Source of the DNA: an uncultured Candidatus Saccharibacteria bacterium
GTDB taxonomy: Bacteria; Patescibacteriota; CAZHWT01
Reading direction: 5' to 3'
Assembly (NCBI GenBank): GCA_964554805.1
Contig: CAZKPX010000001.1
Location: 317,798-381,797, forward strand
Length of the DNA stretch: 64,000 nt
A program made the position numbers and the translations under genes. Shown one piece after another: positions 10,712-20,547 of the stretch. The stretch's first letter is position 1. Every line of letters starts with the position of its first letter. The notes under the pieces were generated by a model. It saw nothing but the letters and a program-made list of their open reading frames with translations. It made no database searches and was not told the origin of the DNA.

Positions 10712-11618
10712 TAGTTTTTTGACAAAATATAAATAGAGTTTATCTGAGATAATAGGCTATTAGTCTATATCTCAGTACCCTAGGCTATTGACATAATGCT
10801 AACTATGGGCTATACTGTGTTCAGTTAAATCGATTAGCTCAGTCAGCTGATTGAGTGATTTAACAAGTACCTTTAAGTTTCTTATAAGCTATTAGTAAGG
10901 ATGAAGTACGTCCGCCAGCTGGCGGATCCCTATATGTTTCATTCTGATTAATAGTAGATATGAATAATGGTGATAACCTGGATCGCTTCGGACGACAGGA
11001 AAGCCTAAATCATTCTACTGAGGCACAGGGTCGCTCTGGCCCGGGGAAACCTGGACCAGGGGATCAGTCTTATCTCCGCCATAATCGACGCGAGACGGCC
11101 TGCTGTATCCATTATTTCCATATCAACTGCTCCACGGCAATACACCCTATCTTTCATCTTCTGATGACGAAAGTATTGCTGGTGGAGAAAGGGGACAGGT
11201 GGTCCAAAAGGAATTACTCAATTCCATATAGATTGCCTGTCCTCAAGCGCAAAATTATTATGGTTGGTAGTTGGCAGTTAGTGGTTGGCGGAGAAAGTCT
11301 CTGCTAACGGATTGCTGAAAACTACTAACGCAATCTGGCAATACCAGATTGTTTCAAGCCTTTGTCTGGTCTGCTTAACCTATCTGAGCTAGACTATCTA
11401 ACCCAATGTTATCCTGAATTTGATTCCGGATATGGGTTGAGATCCTAGTCTAATACTCTGGTTGAGCCGACCAAGCAGATGCTTGTCGGCTCTGTTTGTT
11501 GCCACATGATGGGACGGATGGAGTACACAGCTACGCTGTGTGGTTAGCGGTTGGCAGTTAGCTGTTGGCCGAGAACTGCAGGAAACGAAGAGAGACGTAC
11601 CTTTACAAATCAATAATG

Positions 11619-11713
11619 GCTGCAATATTACCCACCTCTCCGTGGTGCAGCTTCCGCCAGTTGGCGGACCAGCCTTTGGCTGGAGATGAATCCGTATTTA
11701 ACGGTAAACCAAG
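11619..11713 (+). repeat. three-hairpin structured element, b/e family copy 1
   Basis: tccgccagttggcgga hairpin, then ccagcc-ttt-ggctgg, then ccgt-attta-acgg, then taaaccaag; a homolog at 15440-15511 carries compensatory changes. Confidence 0.55.
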
Positions 11714-11737
11714 TGGTAATAGTGGAGACTTTTCGGT

Positions 11738-11844
11738 CCCCTTTAGTGGTTAAAGTGTTTTTGCTGGTCTTACGATTGTTCTCTTCGTCATTGCGAGGAG
11801 CGTAGCGACGCGGCAAGCTGTTTTGTATTAACCATTAAATGGGG
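11738..11844 (+). repeat. R3 structured repeat copy 1 (core tcgtcattgcgagRagcgtagcgacgcggcaa)
   Basis: 14-bp closing helix cccctttagtggttaa / ttaaccattaaatgggg; copies at 14329-14431 and 22101-22205. Confidence 0.6.
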
Positions 11845-11928
11845 CTGAAGGGGGAGAGTCAGAGGTCTGAGACTTGTCTCAGTGCTGATTAGCTCTGCAC
11901 CTGGGTTCGATTCCCGGCAGCTCCACAA
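11841..11928 (+). ncRNA. tmRNA-like tRNA-like domain (88 nt), lacking the mRNA-like body
   Basis: 5' ggggctg pairs with 3' cagctcc, including a G3-U70 pair; T-arm ctggg-ttcgatt-cccgg directly before the acceptor 3' strand; the middle is a simple helix plus hairpin with no tag ORF. Confidence 0.35.
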
Positions 11929-13076
11929 AGTACCCCATCGTCTATGGGGGTGGGCAGGCAGGTGCGTCGCGTCTTGCGATAGCCTCGTTTTGTCCTTCAT
12001 CCTCGAAAGGGATGAAAAAATGACTCAGGCACAGGCACAGGCACAGGCTCAGATTGTAAATCGAGCGTTGTCTTTGGTCGGCCAGGTGCCGACCGACCAT
12101 CCGGCTTCGGCTCGGCGAGCAAGGGCTCGGAGAGCCCCTGCTTGGGGCCGCCAGCAACGTGCTGGCGGAAGTCCGCGCTGCCGACAAGACAGCTAAGGCC
12201 ACCCTAACGGGTGGCAAAAAGAAGCGCAAATAGCGGTTCTGCCCGGTGAGTGACCGGGCGGAAATCAAATAGTCACTTCGAGGTGGACGTCTCGTTAACC
12301 GTATTCTGGTGTGGCCGACCACTGCTGTGCGATTTGCGCAGGAGTTAATTGGCTCCAGACTCATTCTGGAGAATCATATGGGGCTGAACCCCCTGGGAGA
12401 TTGAGGGATCTCCCCAGACAAAAATATCCTTCCTCCAGCTCGGAGCTAGGTGCGCAAGGTGTGCATCTGGAAGAGTTACAATTCTGGCCTACGTCCATTC
12501 CACGGATATGGCCTAGCGAAGGAGGGTCTGTTATGACCTAACTCCGCGGTGGTTGGGGCATGCTTCCCCAACCACCAACAACTTATAGACTGCGAGATAG
12601 ATTACCTCCACGTGGTGCAGTCTGGATAGATAATTCGAATAGATTCCTGTCTACACAGGAATGACGGATTGTTGAACTAAGTATCTAAACAGGAGAGTAT
12701 TCTTCTTCTCAATAGCATAATTCATCGGTCATCAGTGCGCGTTGGTTGTGCTGTTGAGGAGTGGAAACACTTCTCCGGTTACAGCATCTTGCGAGGGTTT
12801 ATATTCCCTCGATCTAGCTCTGCTGAGACTGTTCGTCGTTCTGCTCCAAGCCTATCATGGCTGGGTCAGGGGCGATGCATGGTCGGGCCCTCCGATATGG
12901 GTAGCGGTCTGGTTGGGGACTTTTAGTCCCTGACTAGGCCTCCCGCCTATCTGGGTTGGCTAGTCTGCCCTACAGGGGTATTAGCGGTGCAATGCCGCAG
13001 GCTAAAAATACAGACCAGTGTTCTGACTGCCACTGGGGTTCATTGCAGCCTGCAATGGATTAAACTCTGTAGTCGT

Positions 13077-13269
13077 AAATCCGTACCCTCGAACCGTCAG
13101 GAAGCGGTATTCGCCAATCTGGCGAAGTCCCCGGTTCAGCTCCTCGGACTACGATCCCCCAAAATCGTGTCCGAGGAGAACCCCTCGGCAGCATCCGCCA
13201 ACTGGCGGAGATACGCCTCCTCGTGGCGCTGCTGGATAGTCTATTGAAAGATGGATGAACTGAGTATCT
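13077..13269 (+). repeat. R1 structured repeat copy 1 (about 193 nt)
   Basis: aaatccg..ccgtcagga..cgccaatctggcg..variable hairpin..tccgccaactggcgga..agatac..GAAA-loop hairpin..gtatct; about 85% identical to 14117-14310 with compensatory substitutions. Confidence 0.65.
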
Positions 13270-13335
13270 AGGAGAAGTTTTAGCGTAAAGATTACTTCTG
13301 TCCCAATTAAGATTCAAGGTTGCTTGAGTTTTGGT

Positions 13336-13470
13336 TGGGGGAGGAGTGGTATTAAGACGCTACTTCTTTCGACCCCGTACCGCGTAAGCGGATTGAGTGA
13401 TTCTCAATAGCCTTGGTCGCTTGATTAAGGCTTTCCTGGCGGTGCAGACCGCCGCCGCCCATAGGAGGGC
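13336..13470 (+). promoter_or_regulatory. R2 conserved structured leader upstream of the ORF starting at 13474
   Basis: Shared with 20419-20547: G-run closing stem, ccgc-GNRA-gcgg hairpin (gtaa vs gtga), variable hairpin, ggcggt-gcag-accgcc hairpin just before the GGAGG RBS. Confidence 0.5.
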
Positions 13471-13473
13471 GCA

Positions 13474-13968
13474 ATGGCTATCGTGAAGACAAGCGATGTT
13501 GGTATCCGAGTCAATCAACTCTCTCTAGGGATGTGGAGAGAGTTGGGAATAGAGAAGCCTTCCAGGTTTTCTTTATGGGACTACCTGGAAGGCCTCGACA
13601 GGTCCGTCGAGGCCTTGGGCCTCAGGGGAGTGGCAGTAGCCTCAATGAGGTTCCTGCCAGACGCTGCGGTTGTCATCGTATGGGAGCTACGACTCCCGTA
13701 CGATGAAGCTAGGCGGTTCGAAAGTCTATCTGATGGGCAGAAGGAGCGATTCCTTCTGCCCTTAGACAAACCGCTTGAATTCTCGGAAAAGATTGTGAGC
13801 CTCAACACGGAGAGAAACACCCCTCCATGGGAGAGACTCACAATCTCTGGGACGGATTCGTCTCAGTCGTATCTTAGCAGGCCGACAGATCTCTTGCTTC
13901 AGTCGGAGGCGGAGGCTGCAATTGCAGCTTACCGCAGTCGGCTCGAGGAGCTGGTCTCCTCGCTGTAG
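13474..13968 (+). CDS. hypothetical protein
   Basis: 164-aa ORF; GGAGG RBS 5 nt upstream; preceded by the R2 leader. Confidence 0.5.
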   Translation: MAIVKTSDVGIRVNQLSLGMWRELGIEKPSRFSLWDYLEGLDRSVEALGLRGVAVASMRFLPDAAVVIVWELRLPYDEARRFESLSDGQKERFLLPLDKPLEFSEKIVSLNTERNTPPWERLTISGTDSSQSYLSRPTDLLLQSEAEAAIAAYRSRLEELVSSL

Positions 13969-14116
13969 GTTTTTCTAGCGGTCGCGACCGCTTAGCCCGG
14001 GGTTGACCGGGTGATCTCGAAGCCGTTTGCGTAGAGCGGCATCAACTAGTCTTCTCTACGTCCAGCGCACTGCTGCTGGGGTTAATGACAGCCTGTCATT
14101 GACTAGAAGTGCAGAC

Positions 14117-14310
14117 AAATCCGCAAACCTCTGAACCGTCAGGAGCGGTATTCGCCAATCCGGCGAAGTCCCCGGTTCAACTTCCTCAGGTTGCGACTCC
14201 TTGTCGCACCTGAGGGAGATTCCCTCGGCAGCATCCGCCAACTGGCGGAGATACGCCTCCTCGTGGCGCTGCTGGATAGTCTGTCGAAAGACAGATGAAC
14301 TAAGTATCTA
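14117..14310 (+). repeat. R1 structured repeat copy 2
   Basis: Collinear with 13077-13269. Confidence 0.65.
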
Positions 14311-14328
14311 GCATCAGAGACTTTCTGT

Positions 14329-14431
14329 CTCACTTAGTGGTTAACCTGTTTTTGTTGGTCTTACGATTGTTCTTCTCGTCATTGCGAGAAGCGTAGCGAC
14401 GCGGCAATCTAGTGTTTCGACCATTAAGTGA
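14329..14431 (+). repeat. R3 structured repeat copy 2
   Basis: Closing helix ctcacttagtggtt / gaccattaagtgag; the same core as copy 1. Confidence 0.6.
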
Positions 14432-14568
14432 GGGAGAAATCTCTCTGAAGAAAAGAATCAAAACCCTGGGGAAACTCAGGTCTCTGCCCGTCAGCAGAGG
14501 GAGTGAAGTGTAGTGGCCTGGCAGCGTGCCAAAGCCCGTACCGCTTATGCTCCGCATCCTGTGAAAGG

Positions 14569-15250
14569 GATGAACATGAACTGGCAGTTGATTTTTTCAG
14601 TGGCCTTCGTGGCCACTGTGGCGATCGCTATGATTGCCTTCGCCGGCCGAGAAATCGGCGAGGTGAAGGCGGGCGCCGCCGCCGCGGCGCGAAAGGCCGC
14701 GGCTACGGCCGCGGAGGCTACCGCCCAGAAATGGGCGGTGAAGTACCGCAACCTGGAGGTCCTTCGGGACCTCCAGGCTCTCTTCGGAAGCACCCCTGTG
14801 ACGATCTTTGGATCGTCACAGAAGGGGGGCGGTTTCACCGCCCCCGAACGACCGTCCGACCTCGACCTGATGGTCGAGGTTGACGACGAGACCTGGGCGG
14901 AGTGGGCCGCCCAGGTCTACCCGGCAGATCTCGTCGGGGCGGAAGCCCCCCCAGTTTACAACGACAACTGGGGCGGTGGCGAGACCGCTCTGGTTAGGGG
15001 GAGGACAATCACCGTTCTCCCTTACGAGACGGTCTACCCGACGCGCATTGCGCGCCGGGAGGCCGCCCAGGAGATCCTAGGCATCGAGATTGAGCCCCTC
15101 GGGCTCAATCTCGACATCTTCCTCTTCCCGCACTCGTTTGTGCGGGAAGAGATGACCATCCCGGCTTGGGATGGTGCGGAGACCGGAAGGTCTTTCCGGG
15201 AGGAGGTCCTGGCAGGAGTCAAGCTCTCTGAGCTTCAGCCTGCGGACTAA
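14569..15250 (+). CDS. nucleotidyltransferase (Pol-beta/MNT superfamily) with an N-terminal TM helix
   Basis: Motif IFGSSQKGGGFTAPERPSDLDLMVEVDD (GS-x9-SDxDL); N-terminal hydrophobic helix WQLIFSVAFVATVAIAMIAF; Ala-rich linker. Confidence 0.6.
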
Positions 15251-15439
15251 TGACCCTCAGCGCACTGCTGCGCTGGCTGACGACGCATTCGTTGGCGAAA
15301 TGAAGCAGATAGACCTTACCTCGGATCCTTCGCGACTGAGATGGTCGAACCCCGGGGAGCGTAAGCTCTCTGGGGAAACCCATGGCAGCAATTGATTCGC
15401 CTCTACGATGGCTCGCCTAGCCGAAATGCTAGTGCAGGC

Positions 15440-15511
15440 TGGCGCTGCTTCCGCCGGTTGGCGGACTGGTCTTTTGACCAGAGATGAATCCGTCTTGAAC
15501 GGTAAACCAAG
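15440..15511 (+). repeat. three-hairpin structured element, b/e family copy 2
   Basis: tccgccggttggcgga, then ctggtc-tttt-gaccag, then ccgt-cttga-acgg, then taaaccaag. Confidence 0.55.
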
Positions 15512-15661
15512 AATCAAAAATAAACGACATTGATGTCTCCAGGCTACTTGCTGGGGAACAATCAGGGGGCTTTTAACGTTGACCCCTGGTTGTTCCTTGG
15601 GCAGGGAACTAAAGCCAGCCGCGGGTGCGGTAGGCTGAACAATTGCCCTAGAGGAGGCCCT

Positions 15662-16012
15662 ATGGCCACCAAATTCATCAATCTAACCCCTCATACGATC
15701 AATGTTGTTGTTGTTGGGGAGGAGGGTGACGTTGTCGCCTCCTTCCCGGCTTCGGGACAGGAGGCTCGGGTGGCAACCACCCGGGAGCTGTCTCATAACC
15801 TCGACGCCGATGGTGTCGGGATCCCGGTCTTCAGGACCGGGTACGGGGAGATCGAGGGGCTGCCGGCCCCCGAGGCCGGCACTATCTTCGTCGTCTCTGG
15901 TCTGGTGGCTGCGGCCACCGACCGTGATGACGTCGTCTCTCCGGGCGAACTCGTCCGGAACTCCGAGGGGCAGCCGATTGGCTGCCGGGGGTTCTCCCGC
16001 CCCGCTCGATAG
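15662..16012 (+). CDS. hypothetical protein
   Basis: 117 aa from ATG 15662 with a gaggagg RBS; the longer ORF is open from 15530. Confidence 0.45.
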   Translation: MATKFINLTPHTINVVVVGEEGDVVASFPASGQEARVATTRELSHNLDADGVGIPVFRTGYGEIEGLPAPEAGTIFVVSGLVAAATDRDDVVSPGELVRNSEGQPIGCRGFSRPAR

Positions 16013-16209
16013 GGAGAGTTCGGTGGGTGTCCGAACTAAAATAACCACCCCAATTCCAGCCAGTGTGTCTGTGGCTGGGGGTTGGCTGTTGCTTGCAGCT
16101 GACGAAACAAATCTTCGGACATAGGGACCTAACCTGCTGCGGAAGCCTTTGGGTGACTAAGGCAATATCGGTTCCGGCTCCTGGGATGGTGAGATTACTC
16201 ATCGTTCTA

Positions 16210-16303
16210 GGAGACCTTCGTGGCAGCATCCGCCAACTGGCGGAGATACGCCTCCTCGTGGCGCTGCTGGATAGTCTGTTGAAAGATGGATGAACTAAGT
16301 ATC
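16210..16303 (+). repeat. R1 repeat, 3' half only
   Basis: ggcagcatccgccaactggcggagatacgcctcctcgtggcgctgctggatagtctgttgaaagatggatgaactaagtatc. Confidence 0.6.
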
Positions 16304-16658
16304 AGAAGGAAGAGTTTATTTTTGTTCTTAGCCCGTTGCTCTTAGGTGCCTAGTTGACCCTATTGGAAGATAGGGCCAATGGGTTGATTATTTAGCTGAG
16401 AGCAGCGTGGTGGGAATGAAAGAGTTGACGGCTTCTCGGGTGAGGAGCTTTTGGTGTATCTGGGGAGTGAGCAGGTATGCCGGGAGCTCCTCATTGAGGA
16501 GCGCAACCTAGGTGAATTGCAGTAAAAACTCTTTTGGGCAACCCTGCCCGATGCCGTAGGTGCTCTGGATGAAATTGAGCGCTGAATGGAAGTCAGTTAA
16601 AGACTGGCCGAGCAGGGTGGGTATTGTCGCGAGACGCCCCTGGCTCGAAGGAGTTGCT

Positions 16659-19600
16659 GTGAGCAACAATATTCTTCTTCCAATCTCCGCTTATCGGGCG
16701 GAGATTGAAGCAGGGGTGGATGGCGATTCGGTGGTGGTTGTCACCGCTGAAACGGGGACTGGGAAAAGCACGCAAGTGCCGCAGTACATGTTGGAGGCTG
16801 GGTATGATCTGGTAATCACCCAGCCGCGTCGGCTGGCCGCCCGAACAGTGGCCCAGCGAGTGGCCGAGGAAATCGGTCAGGAATTGGGCGGAATTGTTGG
16901 TTATCGGACGGCGGAGGATCGGCGAGATTCGTCGGACACCCGCTGTTTATTCGTGACCGATGGTCTTCAGCTTGTTCGCGAGCTGATGGGTCATGGGAAG
17001 CGGCAAGTTTTGATTCTGGACGAGGTCCATGAATGGAACGAGAACCTGGAAGTTCTCGTTGCCTGGGCCAAGCTCCAGATCGAAACTGGAGCTGATTTCA
17101 AGCTAGTGCTGATGAGCGCTACGCTTGAAGCCGACAAGTTGGCCGCCTATTTTGGTGGTGCGCCAGTTATCTCGGTTCCAGGCCGACTGTTTCCGGTGAC
17201 GGAGCAGAAGCCAGGAGGTTCGGTGGAAGCCGACGTTGCGGAGCTGGTTCGCCAGAGGCGCAATACACTGGTATTCCAGCCGGGCAAGGCGGAGATTGAG
17301 GCCACCTGTGCTGCTTTGCGGCAGATGCAAGTGTGGGCTGAGATTTTGCCTTTGCATGGGCAGTTGACCGCCGAGGAGCAGGCTCGCTGCTTCCGGCATT
17401 ACGGTAAACCCAAGGTGGTGGTGGCATCAAATGTGGCGCAGACCAGCGTCACAATTGACGATATCGACGCCGTTGTCGACTCCGGCATGGAGCGACGGAT
17501 TGAGTTGGTGGATGGGGTTGAGGGCTTGTACCTTAAGCCTATTTCGCTGGCTGATTCTGCGCAGCGCCGGGGTCGAGCTGGTCGGACGAAGGCAGGGATC
17601 TATATCGATCGCTGCCCGAGTGTCGACCGACCGGAGTTTCCGGTGGCCGAGATCCTGCGCAAGCGGCTCGACCAGACGGTACTCCGGTTGGCCAGTGCTG
17701 GGTTTGACATGGAAGAGCTGGAATTCTTCCATCAGCCTGACAAGGCTGACATCCACGAGGCTCGTCAGTCTCTAGTGGCTCTCGGCTGCATGACAGCGGC
17801 TGGAGAAGTCACATCGATGGGGAGACGGGTTAACAAGCTGCCGGTGTCAGTGCAGTATGCGCGGATGCTGGTGGAAGCTGAGCGGTTGGGGGTGGTGGAC
17901 GATCTCCTGACTGTGGCAGCTATCTTGGAGCAGGGCGGTATTACAGTTGCCCCCCCAAGTCGGTCTAATCTGACCCGACCTGATTGGCGCCGAATGGTGC
18001 CGCAGGAGCAGGAGTCGGATATTCTTGGTCAGCTGGTTGTCTATAAAATGGCAGCTGAGATGACCAATGACCAACTCTATCAGAGTGGGGTGGCTCTGAA
18101 GGCCTATTATCGGGCTAAGGAGATCCGCTCTCATTTGGCGAGGGCTCTGGGCGCTCGGTTCCATTCTGGTTCAACGGGTCGCCGCGAGGACATCCTCAAA
18201 GCGGTCTGTGCCGGGATGGTTGACCATCTCTACCATGGCACTGGTGGGGGATGGAAGAATGGTGACGATACTGTCCGAGAACTGGGCAGTTCGTCGCTGG
18301 TTCAGAATGCCAGTTGGTTGGTGGGTCGGCCTTTTGACCTGCAGATCAAGGCACGCTATGGGCATACCACCCTGCGCCTGATCGAGCTGGCGTCAAAGGT
18401 TGAGCCGAACTGGCTGGTCGAAGTCGCTCCGCATTTGGTGGAGCAACAGACTGGCCTGCAACCTCGCTTTGATGACCGGAAGGGGGTGGTGGTTTCGACC
18501 ACCAAGACTCTCTTTAATGGTCAAGAAGTGGGGGAAGAGGAGGTTGTGGATCGGGAGCACCCCGAAGCAGCCGATCTCTTTGCTGGCTGGCTGGCTGGGC
18601 TGAGTCAATCTCGGGCGGAGAGTCTGGGGTTGGAAATTATGGTTCGCAATCTGGCTCGCAACCAACGAGCTAAGGAGCTGAACCAGCGGGCCGGCGAGAC
18701 CCTCTTTGGGGTGGTTGAGCTGCAGGCTTGGTATCTTGCCAAGCTGGAGGGCGCTGGCAACTTTAAGGAGGTGGTGGAGAAGCAGGTGGCTGCGAAGTGC
18801 CTGCTGCCCGATCTCGACCAGGATTTGATTGATCTGGTGCTCCAAGAGCAGCCAGACTCGATTGAGTTGCTGGGCGAAGGCCTGAAAGTAGAGTATGTTG
18901 ATGGCTACGGTCATCGGCGTACTCACCCTAGAGTTCGGTTGTCGGATCAGCAGATTCAGGCGAAGGCCTGGCTTGAGCTGTCTGATGACCAGCCGGTTCG
19001 CCTGTCTGGCGGGCGAATGGTTGAAGTGGCGGTTGAAGTGGCTTATACTACTTTCTCCTCTACTGAGCCATTCCTGCTGAAGGAGCGGGTGCGCGAGTAC
19101 CTGAACCAGAAGCAGTGGGACGCCTGGCATCGACCAGAGGTCTCAGTTGAGGGGCTGGAGTCGGCAGATCAGATTCCGTTTATGACCGCTGTCTATGGAC
19201 AGTGCGTGGTGACGGGGCAGGATCTGCTGGCTTACGGTACCGTTCGGGCACGCCGGTATTGGTCCAGGATTGATCGCTGGCAGCCGGTGTGGGTTCGGTC
19301 TCTTGATGAGGCTGAACGGGTTCGATCCGAGGCAGTGGCAGCACTTGAAGAGGTGCGAGCTGAAGCTGAGGTGAAGGCTATGGAGTCCAGATTGAAGATT
19401 CTGGATGCCCATAACGGCTGGTTCTACCTTGATCGCTCGTCGGAGGCTTATAAGCGCCTTCAGGGCATAATGGTAGAAGTCCCGCCCGCTAGTCGGGAAT
19501 GGTTGATAGAGGCGGGGCGACTGGTTGAAGAGCTGGCTCCTGCCCTTGAGCAGGCCGAGCAAGATGGCTTGGCTGCTGAACAGGCAGCTAAGGCTGAGCA

Positions 19601-20090
19601 ACAGCAGATCGAAGAGAAGGCGGCTGGAATATTGGCTGCGGTCAATCCCAGTGGTCATCACAACTTTGGTTTGGCTGAGGTTCGGTTGGCGAGCCAGTTG
19701 GCCGAACAAGCGGTTCGGCTGGTGGGACAAGCCCGGGCTCAGGCGATCTTCCGAGAGGAAGCGGATGCTTCTTATCGAAGATCGCTCAAATGTCAGCGAA
19801 TCAGAGAGGCTATTCCTGGTTTGTTTGACACGGAAGTTGGGTCGCGGTTCCTCCAGATTCCGGCGCGGTATGTCACCGAATGGTGGTTGCAAGCGACGGC
19901 ATTGTGGTTGGAATCGAATACCACCACGTCGACCGAGGAGTTGCCTGCTCCTGCTCCTGCTCTGATTGAGCTGGAAGAGCAGCCGACGGTGTCAGTTTTG
20001 GCTGTCAAAGAACAGTCTGCCGAGGAGGCAGAAGAGTCTTTTGACAGTCCTATGGCGCTAGCAATGCGTCGGGCCGGGATTAAGTTTTAA
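16659..20090 (+). CDS. DEAH-box (HrpA/HrpB-like) ATP-dependent helicase with a roughly 450-aa C-terminal extension
   Basis: Walker A TGTGKSTQVPQ, DEVHE box, helicase-C and HA2-like region QRRGRAGR; GTG start at 16659 with an aaggag RBS matches the HrpB N-terminus (LPI..); the ORF is open from 16560. Confidence 0.85.
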   Translation: MSNNILLPISAYRAEIEAGVDGDSVVVVTAETGTGKSTQVPQYMLEAGYDLVITQPRRLAARTVAQRVAEEIGQELGGIVGYRTAEDRRDSSDTRCLFVTDGLQLVRELMGHGKRQVLILDEVHEWNENLEVLVAWAKLQIETGADFKLVLMSATLEADKLAAYFGGAPVISVPGRLFPVTEQKPGGSVEADVAELVRQRRNTLVFQPGKAEIEATCAALRQMQVWAEILPLHGQLTAEEQARCFRHYGKPKVVVASNVAQTSVTIDDIDAVVDSGMERRIELVDGVEGLYLKPISLADSAQRRGRAGRTKAGIYIDRCPSVDRPEFPVAEILRKRLDQTVLRLASAGFDMEELEFFHQPDKADIHEARQSLVALGCMTAAGEVTSMGRRVNKLPVSVQYARMLVEAERLGVVDDLLTVAAILEQGGITVAPPSRSNLTRPDWRRMVPQEQESDILGQLVVYKMAAEMTNDQLYQSGVALKAYYRAKEIRSHLARALGARFHSGSTGRREDILKAVCAGMVDHLYHGTGGGWKNGDDTVRELGSSSLVQNASWLVGRPFDLQIKARYGHTTLRLIELASKVEPNWLVEVAPHLVEQQTGLQPRFDDRKGVVVSTTKTLFNGQEVGEEEVVDREHPEAADLFAGWLAGLSQSRAESLGLEIMVRNLARNQRAKELNQRAGETLFGVVELQAWYLAKLEGAGNFKEVVEKQVAAKCLLPDLDQDLIDLVLQEQPDSIELLGEGLKVEYVDGYGHRRTHPRVRLSDQQIQAKAWLELSDDQPVRLSGGRMVEVAVEVAYTTFSSTEPFLLKERVREYLNQKQWDAWHRPEVSVEGLESADQIPFMTAVYGQCVVTGQDLLAYGTVRARRYWSRIDRWQPVWVRSLDEAERVRSEAVAALEEVRAEAEVKAMESRLKILDAHNGWFYLDRSSEAYKRLQGIMVEVPPASREWLIEAGRLVEELAPALEQAEQDGLAAEQAAKAEQQQIEEKAAGILAAVNPSGHHNFGLAEVRLASQLAEQAVRLVGQARAQAIFREEADASYRRSLKCQRIREAIPGLFDTEVGSRFLQIPARYVTEWWLQATALWLESNTTTSTEELPAPAPALIELEEQPTVSVLAVKEQSAEEAEESFDSPMALAMRRAGIKF

Positions 20091-20418
20091 TCTTTGTCGT
20101 GAGGCGGAGGCCTCGTATCAATACTCCAGCGGCTTGTGTTGACCGCTGACTGCCTACAGCGTGTAGGTAGTAAATTCTCAACACATCGGGCCTGTCCGTT
20201 ATTGACGGAGAACGACCCATTGGGTAGGGGGCTAAAACCCCTACCTACTTTACGGCTGCATATACATGCCTCTTCGTGGCGTAGCTAGAAATTCGTTTAT
20301 GTGACGAAGCTAAATGTATGAGAAGTGGAAGAAAGCTTACTTCTGTCTCAATCAGAGCTTGAGACTTTAGGCGTAGATTCCGGATCTAGTCCGGAATGAC
20401 GGCCTTTTGAGCTTTGTT

Positions 20419-20547
20419 TGGGGGGAGAAGTGCTATTAAGACGCTACTTCTTTCGTCCCCGTACCGCGTGAGCGGATTCAGCATCTCAATCCCCGGCCAC
20501 TTGGCTGGGGTTGTTGGCGGTGCAGACCGCCCACGCCTTTGGAGGGC
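20419..20547 (+). promoter_or_regulatory. R2 conserved structured leader copy 2
   Basis: Homolog of 13336-13470, directly upstream of the ORF starting at 20551. Confidence 0.5.

Noticed and set aside
10960-11307. 115-aa ORF at the left edge of the island
   Set aside because: It has no RBS and a Cys/His-rich low-complexity composition. The region contains further repeat modules (ggttggcagttag..), so it is probably non-coding.
11841-12600. Full-length or permuted (two-piece) tmRNA gene
   Set aside because: The 5' GGGG strand lies upstream of, not downstream of, the T-arm/3' strand, so it is not the permuted layout. Only about 53 nt lie between the strands, with no pseudoknots and no tag reading frame ending in ..LAA. 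A second ggggctgaa at 12378 has no pairing partner.
17103-19892. Several 100-250-aa minus-strand ORFs inside the helicase gene
   Set aside because: They are antisense to a gene with unambiguous DEAH helicase motifs. High GC suppresses stop codons.
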